From Spirochaetia bacterium (GTDB lineage: Bacteria > Spirochaetota > Spirochaetia > SZUA-6 > Bin103): a stretch of DNA of 64,000 nucleotides. The position numbers and the translations under genes are program-made. Where the stretch lies: assembly GCA_965208575.1 (NCBI GenBank), contig CBDBOV010000004.1, forward strand, positions 480,001 through 544,000. The letters are read 5' to 3'. The notes below the pieces were generated by a model. That model was not told the origin of the DNA. It saw only the letters and a list, made by a program, of their open reading frames with translations, and ran no database searches. Below, piece after piece: positions 20,567 through 29,674 of the stretch; position 1 is the stretch's first letter, and the number at the start of each line of letters is the position of its first letter.

Positions 20567-22408
20567 CTAATGACCCATTGCTTTCTTCAGCTCACTATCA
20601 ATCCAGAGGCGTGGGAAAATAGTAAAGTGTTGCCTTCCTCCCATGCCGGCTTCGCCGTTATAACCTATCACCCACGGCTAGTGCACCTGATACTGCGGGG
20701 ACAAAAGCCCCCAGAGCGCCCAGTGCTGCTCTATCGCGCGCATGCTCATATCTTTCGCCAGCCTCCGCTCCTCCTCCACGGTGATGGTAGCAGCTTGCAG
20801 CGCTTCCCACCCGGCGTCAAATTGCGCGTCGCGGACGGAGGCGTTCCTATTATGGCCGCTCCAATACCATCCCAGCTGATATTGGCTCCTGGCTGGGTTA
20901 CCAAAGGCAGAGTACGTATAGGCGCACGATTCTGATGTTATCTCATAATTTCCAGATACCTCGTCAGCGAACCATTCCGCAGATGGCAGAGCAAAAATAT
21001 CCACATCGACGCCAATCTCACGCCAGTATTCAGCCTGTAATTCTATAAAGCTCGAATCATACACATCCCGGAAGCTGCGCCTGACCTTGAATCTAATGCC
21101 GTCGGCACCGCCAGGATATCCCGCCTCGTCAAGCAGCTTCTCGGCCCCTGCCACGTCATAGGTATAGTATCCCTTGAGCTCTTCGGACCACTCTTCAAAC
21201 GGGACGACATGCTCCTTGAAAACCCTGCCTATAAACCCCTGAGGTATCGTATCCCCAGCACCGTCATATAGGGCACGGTTGATTGTCTCCATGTCAATTG
21301 CCATCTGCAGTGCGCGGCGCACCCGGACGTCGTCAAGGGGCGGCTTGCTCACGTTAATCAAACCACAATTATTGGACCGGTCTAAATACAGATGCGCCAC
21401 GAGTTCCGGGTTGGTCCGCAAGAGGCTCTCTAGCTGGTCTACCTCCCTTAATTGAGAGTCGCCCGCGAAACCTACGAAATCGATCTTAGCCGTGCGCAGT
21501 CCCGCCACCGTTGTTGCCGTTTCCGTGATAGTAAGGGCCTCTACCTCGTCAATATAGGGCAAACGGTTCTCCGGGTATTTTTCGTCGAAGCCCCAGTAGT
21601 TAGGATTCTTGGTATAGGTTATAGAGCTGGCCGCGACGAAGTCAGTTATCGTATAGGGCCCGGTGCCGACCACATTCCTCCAATCCTTCATGTCCCCGTA
21701 TTGCTCGATTACCTCGGGGGGCTGTATAACACCGTTCCACCAGTCCAAGATCCTCTCCAGGACGTGATGCTGTGGCTCCTTTAGCTTAAAGACAACCGTA
21801 TATTTGTCGGTGGCCGTTACCGATTCCCAAGGCAAAGTTGCGAAGTCACCCCACGATTGATTAGGTTCGGCTGCACTGAACTCGGTCCCTGTCAACTTAT
21901 TCCCCAATAAACGGTGAAAGGTATGTTCTACATCATAGGCAGTTAGCTCCCGACCGTTCATCGGTGGCTTATCATGCCATTTAACGCCCTGGCGGATGTT
22001 GACGATATAGGTTGTGTCGTCGGGCTGCTCCCAGCTTTCCGCCAGCGCTCCCCTTATGGCGTTTAGAGGCAGTAAGTCGCCGCTAGCGAAGGAATACGTG
22101 TCCCTATCTATTGCCCAGTCCCCGATGCCCAGTTTCTCTACAACGCCACTGGTGGCGAAAAGTGCACTCGCGGTAAACCAGGCGTCAAAACCAAAAGCGC
22201 TTAAGTCCCATCTAATGACGTGGGTTAATTTCCCGCCGTACTGTGGCGCGGACACCGCCTTGCCGGTGACGGGGTCGGTCACATACCTCTTGTCGGCAGC
22301 GGCTGCCGGTGCCTCTTCCGCCCCAGTGGCCCACAGGCCGGTTGCGGTCAGAATCAGGACCAACGCTACCGCGAAGGTCCTTGTAATTGTATTCTGTACA
22401 AGAATCAT
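20567..22408 (-). pseudogene. Family-5 SBP of cassette 1 with a premature TAG 37 codons before its end
   Basis: TAG at 20678-20680 where paralogs have CAG (QPWV); the frame continues PWVIGYNGE...RLWIDSELKKAMGH* to 20567. Confidence 0.85.
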
Positions 22409-22419
22409 ACGTAGCTCCG

Positions 22420-22602
22420 TATGTAGATTTTTCGAGAGTATTGCGTAGCGGATTGCCGCTCCCTGGCTACTCTCGCGCCCGCAACGCAGACGGCCGGCCA
22501 GACAGAGTCAGATTTGTGAAGCGCGCGGCGTGTGAGTCACCGGGTTCACCCCGGCTCACGCCGCGCGCGCGTGCGGTTCTTTGAGTATCATTCGAACCGC
22601 CT
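22420..22602 (-). promoter_or_regulatory. Conserved structured 5' leader of the SBP operon, copy 1; intron-free allele
   Basis: Homologous to 28890-29076, 44522-44708, 56090-56285 and 61281-61465. Confidence 0.7.
22556..22591 (-). CDS. Putative leader peptide MILKEPHARAA (also the C-terminus of a 140-aa ORF starting at 22978)
   Basis: AGGCGG-N5-ATG; peptide conserved in 5 copies. Confidence 0.55.
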   Translation of the reverse strand: MILKEPHARAA

Positions 22603-22935
22603 TCTTCTCTAGATCTAGGTCGGGATCTGCGTTCCAATGCCACGCGTGGCGGTGATCTGAGCAGCAGTGAGTCTGAATGGCCGGCAACGCCGGCGGTGGG
22701 TTTTGCGGGCAGTCAGTCGCGGGCAGCGATCCGGGACGGCTGCCCTCGCCGCCGGGAAGGGTGGGGGCGGCCCGCATGCCGGTTCGGCGATGGACGGAGC
22801 CGGTGCCACCGACAGCTACGGCGGTGGTGAAGGCGACGGCGTGCGCGGGGTCGCGTAGGGGGCGATCAGCCCGAGCGGTTAGTTGTTTCTCGGTTCGAAA
22901 AGTAAGGGGGGGTACATCGGCTGCGTCACCGCCAA

Positions 22936-23152
22936 CCCGGTCACGGCGCTGACTGTCGTCGTCACGCTTCTTCCTCATCCATCCAACCCCAAGCGGTGAA
23001 CCGTCGCACGCGGGCGGAAACCTGTCAACGGGTCGGACGTCACTGACCGTCACTGACAAACCGGCCACTGTGCTGACTGTCATGGCGCTTCGTCATCGAT
23101 CCGTCGAACGCCAAGCTAAGCAAGCTTGCTGTGGGCGCGGGCACCCTGTCAA
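22936..23152 (-). promoter_or_regulatory. Tandem TTGACA promoter + micro-ORF units
   Basis: -35 TTGACA at 23028-23023 and 23152-23147, each followed by the conserved ~70-nt unit. Confidence 0.55.
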
Positions 23153-23735
23153 TAGGGCCGACCCGTGGGACCCCGTGGGACCCGTGCGTGCGCGGCGGAC
23201 CGGCAGCCCCGCGGCGTCACGCCGGATGCGCCCACCCGTGGCTCCGTCCTGGCCCCATGGGTGCGCATGCGCCGTCGGCTGCTCCGGAGGCGCGCCCGGA
23301 ACGCGCCCGACCAGGTCCACGAGCGTCGGGCTGGGTATGGGCGTGAGCTCACCCGTCAGCCCGAAGCAGCGCCTGGGCACCGCGTCACCGCAGACCGAGT
23401 CGCCGAAGTGTACTGAGTTAGGTGGTCCCGTCGGGCTGGCTCCGTAGGGCTGGCTCCGAGAAGCGTGGCCCGGGCGACCGGCGACCCCACCGATCTTGAC
23501 GCTGATTTCTCGTACGTCTCCCATCGGTGCACTTTCAATACTCGTCGTCACAGCGAAGCCGGGCACCAGGTATCTCATCACACGACTGACGCGTCGCCGT
23601 TCGTGGGCCCCGTGACCGGACAGTGCGGGCCATCGGAGAGATGTGGCGCTCTCGGACGAGCGACGCTGACCAAAAACATCGGTCGGTGTCGTTCGCTGGC
23701 GCGACTGCGGACCGCAGGTCGAGGTTGGTCTGCAC

Positions 23736-24098
23736 GGTCCGCAGCTCCTGCTGCAGGCGTTCCTGCAACGGATCGTGAACAGCGGCGGGCGCATCGAGCG
23801 CGAGTACGGCCTGGGGCGCGGGCGCACCGATCTGCTGATCATCTGGCCGCGACCCGGTGGCGCGGGACCGCACGCGGCGGGCAGATTCGTCATCGAGTGC
23901 AAGGTGCTGCACGGGAGCCTGGAGCGCACGATACGCGAAGGGTTGCTGCAGACCGCCGAATACATGGATCGGTGCGCGGCGCAGGCGGGGCACCTGGTCA
24001 TCTTCGACCGCGGCGCAGGCAAGCGGTGGGAGGACAAGATCTTCCGCCGCGACGAACGCACCGATGACCGGCACGGGATCACGGTGTGGGGGATGTGA
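23736..24098 (+). pseudogene. 3' fragment of the AAA/PD-(D/E)XK gene
   Basis: Near-identical to about 17693-18055. Confidence 0.85.
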
Positions 24099-24314
24099 GC
24101 CGCCGAAGTGCCACCGTTGGGGTGGCTGTCTCCGGGGCGGTGACGGTGTAGATTCAGACGTTGCCCGGCGGGCAAAGCGTCAGTTGTCCCCCACTCCGCC
24201 CATTTGGCCGGGCCGCCCACTGCTGGCCCACTTCGACGAAGCCGCGCGGGCCGCGGACGCCGTGCTCGAACGGGTCTTCGGTAGCCTCCATCCAGCGGTG
24301 CAGCCGGCCGGCTT

Positions 24315-24610
24315 TTCGGACCAGGGAACAGTATACGTCGATTGCGTTCGGGCTACGCTGTAAAGAGGCCGCCGTGCGCCCGTCGATGGGTTCAGTGGGC
24401 GATGCGTACGACAATGCAATGTGCGAGAGTTTCTTCGCGACCCTGGAGTGCGAGTTGCTGGAGCGGAACAGATTCCGCAACCGCGACCAAGCGCGGCTGG
24501 CAGTATTCGAGTTCATCGAGGGATTCTACAACCGGCGGCGGCGCCACTCGGCGCTGGGCTACCAGTCGCCAGTCGAGTTCGAGGCCGCTCGCGCAGGAAC
24601 GGCAGCATGA
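24315..24610 (+). pseudogene. IS3-family transposase C-terminal remnant
   Basis: SMGSVGDAYDNAMCESFFATLECE...FYNRRRRHSALGYQSP. Confidence 0.85.
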
Positions 24611-24689
24611 GTTGCGCCGCGGCGCGGATCCTGGCGTCTGGCCCCCTGTCGGGCCGTAATTTGCCGGCCCTGGGCCGTCTGTGGCTCGT

Positions 24690-24900
24690 TCGGTCTTTGA
24701 TTGCCTTGGCGAGAATCCGCTCTGAGCGTCCGGGCCCGAGCGATCTGTCGTCGTACGGGGCGTAGGTGTTGGCGCAGTCGAAGAAGTTGATGCCCCGATC
24801 GATCGCTGCCTCAACGGCAGTCAGCGCCTTCGTCTCGTCGGTCTGCTCGATAAACGACATTCCGAAGCCAATCGACTTACCTTGAAACCGGTCGAGCCAA
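24690..24900 (-). pseudogene. Aldo/keto reductase N-terminal fragment
   Basis: AIDRGINFFDCANTY...GRSERILAKAIKDR. Confidence 0.7.
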
Positions 24901-25001
24901 ATTGAATCCAGATTAGCGCGACACCCTGAGGCTGGCACAGCGAACCGAAGGGCATAGCGGCTAGCGGCCGCTCCGGCTCATCCAGCGCCAGTCGTTTCGA
25001 C

Positions 25002-25940
25002 CTAACCGGACTTGGCGACAGCGGCACCCAGCCGGCCCTCACCACCAGCGCCCCTTAGCCTGGGATCAAGCAGGTCGCGCACCCCGTCGCCGAACATGTT
25101 TAGACTGTAAATGGTAATCGTCAGGCAAAGACCAGGCCAGAAAACCAGGTATGGCGCCATCTCCATGTAGAGACGCCCGTCCCGGCTGAGCAGACCTCCC
25201 CACTCAGGAACCGCGGGGGGCAGCCCAAATCCGAGAAAGCTCAGAGAAGCCGCACTCAGGATTACGCCACCGATGTTGATGCTAAATATGATGATGACAG
25301 GCGCCATAATATTGGGCAGGACATGGCGTAACAGGATCAGGCTCGTGGGGGTACCCACAGCCCTGGCTGCCAGAAAATAGTCATTCTCTTTAACACCAAT
25401 AACGGCGCCTCTGACGACTCGGGAGGCACCGATGCCTCCGGCGATCCCCAGGACCACTATGATCTGTGGCACACCCCGCCCCACTATGGACATGATGGTT
25501 AACAACAGGAGCAGTCCCGGGAAAGCAATCCAGGCATCGACAAATCTCTGCACACCCAGGTCCAACTTACCGCCAAGGAATCCTGAGGTGCCGCCGAGCA
25601 GGACGGCGACCAAAACATTGATAGTGGTCGCCGCCAGACCGACAAATAACGAAATACGAGCCCCATGGATCAGGCGGCTCAAGAGGTCTCGCCCCAACCC
25701 GTCGGTACCCAGCAGATACTGTGCTGATGGGCCCTGCAGCCGGTCTATCAGGTGTACTTCATTATATGGATAAGGGGCCAGAACATCAGCAAAGATAGCG
25801 ACTATAATCAATATCAATATGATAATCCCGCTGACAGTACCCAGTCGCTTCTCCTTCCACATCCTGACAAAGAAATCAGCCAGAGCGGCACGTCTCTTTG
25901 GCGCACTGGCTGCTGATGGTGTCTTTGTGGCGTTACTCAT
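25002..25940 (-). CDS. ABC permease (OppC-like), cassette 2
   Basis: LGTDGLGRD; GDGVRDLLDPRLRG. Confidence 0.92.
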   Translation of the reverse strand: MSNATKTPSAASAPKRRAALADFFVRMWKEKRLGTVSGIIILILIIVAIFADVLAPYPYNEVHLIDRLQGPSAQYLLGTDGLGRDLLSRLIHGARISLFVGLAATTINVLVAVLLGGTSGFLGGKLDLGVQRFVDAWIAFPGLLLLLTIMSIVGRGVPQIIVVLGIAGGIGASRVVRGAVIGVKENDYFLAARAVGTPTSLILLRHVLPNIMAPVIIIFSINIGGVILSAASLSFLGFGLPPAVPEWGGLLSRDGRLYMEMAPYLVFWPGLCLTITIYSLNMFGDGVRDLLDPRLRGAGGEGRLGAAVAKSG

Positions 25941-25955
25941 ACTCGCTGTTTTCCT

Positions 25956-26960
25956 TTATTTATAGCGGACCCTGGGGTCCAAGAAAGCATACATCAGGTC
26001 GATCATGAGATTGATCCCCACAACCGCCGTGGCGAAAAACAGGTTGATCCCGGAGATGATCGGATAGTCTCTGTCAGTCAGGGCATTCACCATGAGCTGA
26101 CCTAGCCCCGGCAGGTTGAAGATGTTCTCCATGATAACGGCGCCACCTACCACGATCGGCAACTGCAGGCCTATGAGGGTGATTACCGGGATGAGTGCAT
26201 TCTTCAGGGCGTGTCTCAGAACGACGACCCTCTCCTTGAGACCCTTGGACCAGGCGGTCCTGATATAGTCCTGCCTGAGCACCTCCAGCATCATGGTACG
26301 CGTCATCCGCATGGTGCTTGCAGCCATGGCTGTCCCCAGAATCAAGCTGGGAATGAGGAACACCCCGAGATTTCCCAGCGGGTCTTCGGTGAAAGGAATC
26401 AGCTTCAGCGGTGGCGACCAACCCCACCAGATTGCCGGGAAGATCATGACCATCATTCCCAGCCAGAAGTTGGGAGTTGCCAGGCCGATGATGGCGATTG
26501 AGCGCCCCAGGTAGTCGGCGGCGGTATCCTGGCGGATCGCCGAGTAGATGCCAACTGGCAGCGCTATCAACAGCCCGATTACGATTGCCAGGACACCGAG
26601 CTCAATGGTTACCGGCAGTCTACCCATTATCAACTCGGCGACCGGCTCCCTGCCGCGAATCATTGAGTGGCCAAGGTTGCCCTGGAGAAGACCTTTGAAG
26701 TGGGACTCACCGCTAACCCAGTCAGGAGTCGGCAACACTCCTATCCAGCGTCCATACTGCACGTAGACAGGCACGTCCAATCCCAGCATACGCTCCAAAG
26801 CTTCACGGTCAATCGTCGCGGCTTGGAAGAATTCCATCTGAGCCACCATCGCGTCTATTATATCGCCGGGGATGTAGCGGACCGAGAAAAAGACCAGGAT
26901 GGTTAGAATGATCAGGGTGGGGATTATGAGCAACAAGCGCCTGATGATATAGGCTCTCAT
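25956..26960 (-). CDS. ABC permease (OppB-like), cassette 2
   Basis: MRAYIIRRLLLIIPTL; QDYIRTAWSKGL. Confidence 0.92.
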   Translation of the reverse strand: MRAYIIRRLLLIIPTLIILTILVFFSVRYIPGDIIDAMVAQMEFFQAATIDREALERMLGLDVPVYVQYGRWIGVLPTPDWVSGESHFKGLLQGNLGHSMIRGREPVAELIMGRLPVTIELGVLAIVIGLLIALPVGIYSAIRQDTAADYLGRSIAIIGLATPNFWLGMMVMIFPAIWWGWSPPLKLIPFTEDPLGNLGVFLIPSLILGTAMAASTMRMTRTMMLEVLRQDYIRTAWSKGLKERVVVLRHALKNALIPVITLIGLQLPIVVGGAVIMENIFNLPGLGQLMVNALTDRDYPIISGINLFFATAVVGINLMIDLMYAFLDPRVRYK

Positions 26961-27077
26961 GTGACAGTACTGGTCTCTGAGGCAGTCACCCTCTCACTAT
27001 TCAATGAGTAGGGGAACCGAGAGCCTCAAGCCTCCCAGTTCCCCTTTCCCTAAGGTCAGTCACAAGGGGTGAAATCC

Positions 27078-28886
27078 CTAATGACCCATTGCCGCCTTCA
27101 GCTCACTATCAAGCCAGATGCGGGCCGCCATTAACTGACGGTCCACCTGTCCCAGCTCCAGTTCACCGTTAAAACCTATGACCCACGGCTGGAGCACGTT
27201 CATCCGTGGAACTCTAGAACCCCATATATACCAGTGCTTTTCTATAATGTACATATCTATCGGTTTAATCAGCCTCTTCCGCTCCTCAATGGTGGTAGCG
27301 GCTTGGGCATCTGCAACCATGGGGTCATAAACCGGGTCCCGGACGTTGGGGGGGTTGTAAGCAGAGTCCGACGTCTGCTGCATTATGAGCCCCATAGCCG
27401 GGCTATCCTGACCCGAATAAAAACGGATCAGATCAAAATCACCTTCTTCTCTCCTTGCCCTAAGCTCAGAAGATTCAGCCTCCCTAACCTCTACATCAAT
27501 GCCGATCTCAGTCCAGTAGGAGGCAGCTAATTCGTTATACTCTAACAAGGGTGACCCAAACGGGAGGGCCACTTCCAAGACGGTCTTGAATCTAATGCCG
27601 TCGGCGCCGCGCGGATATCCAGCCTCGTCAAGCAACGCTTCTGCCCCTTCCGGGTCATAGGTATAGTATCCCTTGACCTCTTCAGGCCAGTCTGCAAATG
27701 GGGTGACATACCCGACAATTCCTGCCCCTAAATAGCCCTGAGGTGTCGTATCTGCATAACCCTTCCAGTACGTAGCGTTAATTGTGTCAAGGTCCAGTGC
27801 CATCTGCAGTGCGTGGCGTACCCTGACGTCGTCAAAGGGCGGCCTCCTCGAGTTAGCAGTCCAAGACGTCGACGACCGAAATGAAAACGGCTCCAGCACC
27901 AGTTCGGGGTTGGTTTTCCTAAGGCTGTCTACCTGGTCCATGGAACTTAGGGCACTCCAGCCGAGAAACCCAGCCAGTAAATCAATCTTAGCCGAGCGTA
28001 ATGCCGCCACACGTGTTGCCTCTTCTGGCATAACCAGCATCTGTAACCCGTCAAGATAGGGCAAGCGATTCTCCGGGTATTTTTCGTCGTATCCCCAGTA
28101 GTTAGGATTCTTGATCCAGGTCATAGAGCTGCCCTCGACCCAGTCAGTCAGCTCAAAGGGCCCGGTGCCGACCACATTACGCCAATCGGAAAGGTCGCCG
28201 TGTTCCTTGATTACCTCGGGGGGGTATATAAAAGTCATGAAGCTATATAGAATTTCCCCTAGCGCGTTGGGGTCTGGCCTCGTCAGCTTACAAACAACCG
28301 TCCGATCGTCGGTGGCCGTTATCGATTCCCATGGCAGAATAGCGAACGATCCGTGGGCGTACTTGGGATTCGGTTCGGTGTAGCCACTGCCCAGACCCAA
28401 ATAACGGTGCAAGTTATATTCGATATCCTTGGCAGTTAGCTCCCGACCGTTCATCGGTGGCTTATCGTGCCAGTTAACGCCCTGGCGGATGTGCAAGATG
28501 ATCGTTGTATCGTCGGGCGTTTCCCAGCTTTCCGCCAGGTGCCCTCTCCAGACGGGGGCAGCAAATCCTTGTGTTCTATAGTTAAATACGTCCCTATCTA
28601 GTGCCCAGTCCGCGATGGCTAGCCTCTCTACAACCACACCGAGGGCTTCTGCCGCATCGTGATGGATATAGACGTCAGGACTCGGAGGGTTATAACCCTG
28701 CGAATAGGTGATTATCCCGCCATACTCTGGCGCCGTCACCACCTTGCCGGTGCTGGGGTCGGTAACGTACTTCTTGTCGGCAGCGGCTGCCGGCTCCTCT
28801 TCTGCGCCAGCGGCCCAGAGGCCGGTTGCGGTCAGGACCAGAACCAACGCAACCGCGAGGGTCCTGGTAATCTGTACAATATTCAT
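27078..28886 (-). CDS. Family-5 SBP, cassette 2
   Basis: Signal peptide; LAESWE, WHDKPPMNGRELTA, VGTGPF, YWGYDEKYPENRLPY. Confidence 0.92.
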   Translation of the reverse strand: MNIVQITRTLAVALVLVLTATGLWAAGAEEEPAAAADKKYVTDPSTGKVVTAPEYGGIITYSQGYNPPSPDVYIHHDAAEALGVVVERLAIADWALDRDVFNYRTQGFAAPVWRGHLAESWETPDDTTIILHIRQGVNWHDKPPMNGRELTAKDIEYNLHRYLGLGSGYTEPNPKYAHGSFAILPWESITATDDRTVVCKLTRPDPNALGEILYSFMTFIYPPEVIKEHGDLSDWRNVVGTGPFELTDWVEGSSMTWIKNPNYWGYDEKYPENRLPYLDGLQMLVMPEEATRVAALRSAKIDLLAGFLGWSALSSMDQVDSLRKTNPELVLEPFSFRSSTSWTANSRRPPFDDVRVRHALQMALDLDTINATYWKGYADTTPQGYLGAGIVGYVTPFADWPEEVKGYYTYDPEGAEALLDEAGYPRGADGIRFKTVLEVALPFGSPLLEYNELAASYWTEIGIDVEVREAESSELRARREEGDFDLIRFYSGQDSPAMGLIMQQTSDSAYNPPNVRDPVYDPMVADAQAATTIEERKRLIKPIDMYIIEKHWYIWGSRVPRMNVLQPWVIGFNGELELGQVDRQLMAARIWLDSELKAAMGH

Positions 28887-29029
28887 ACGTTCCTCCGTAT
28901 GTGGATTCTCGAGAGTATTGCGTAGCGGCTTGCCGCTCCCTGGCTACTCTCGCGCCCGCAACGCAGGCGGCCAGACAGAGTCGAATGGGTGACGCGCGCG
29001 GCGTGTGACTCAGCGGGTTCATACCCGGC

Positions 29030-29065
29030 TCACGCCGCGCGCGCGTGCGGTTCTTTGAGTATCAT
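29030..29065 (-). CDS. Putative leader peptide MILKEPHARAA
   Basis: AGGAGG-N5-ATG; stop codon lies inside the hairpin. Confidence 0.6.
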   Translation of the reverse strand: MILKEPHARAA

Positions 29066-29076
29066 TCGAGCCTCCT

Positions 29077-29227
29077 GTGCGCCGGTAAAACCGGCAAGGT
29101 GTTGTGAATGGAAGAGTCATACGTCGAAGGGTTAGCGACCCACGGCGGCTCCGAGTCATGCGCCGCCGCCCGCGAGGGCGGGGGTGAAGCGTTGACAGGG
29201 GTACGTGCGGGCCGGGTATCAAGCCGC
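29077..29227 (+). mobile_element. Group II intron 5' remnant (~150 nt)
   Basis: Starts GTGCG after CCTCCT; matches 56286-56437. Confidence 0.8.
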
Positions 29228-29485
29228 CACGCGTGGCGGTGGTCTGAGCAGCAGTGAGTCTGAATGGCCGCCAACGCCGGCGGTGGGTTTTGCGCGCAGT
29301 TAGTCGCGGGCGGGGATCCGGCACGGTCGCGGTCGCCGACAACGGCATGGGCGGCCCGCATGCCGGTTCGGCTATGGACGGAGCCGGTGCCACCGATAGC
29401 TACGGCGGTAGTGGAGGCGATGGCGTGCGCGGGGGCGCGTAGGGGGCGATCAGCCTGAGCGGTTAATGCTTTTTCTAATAAAGAG

Positions 29486-29543
<58 letters not shown>

Positions 29544-29630
29544 TATGCACCGGTCGCGTCACAGCGAACCGGTCACTGCGCTGCCTGTCACCATGGCGCT
29601 TCATCGGCATCCGTCGACCTCAAGCCAAGT

Positions 29631-29659
29631 ATGATAGCGTGGGCGCGGCGCACTGTCAA
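29631..29659 (-). promoter_or_regulatory. Sigma70-type promoter TTGACA-N17-TATCAT facing the SBP operon
   Basis: Near-consensus; same promoter at 45263-45235. Confidence 0.75.
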
Positions 29660-29674
29660 CGACTCGGAACTCAC

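Noticed and set aside
20678-20680. Pyrrolysine or programmed amber read-through
   Set aside because: No pyl genes in the window and paralogs have CAG; a point mutation or error is simpler.
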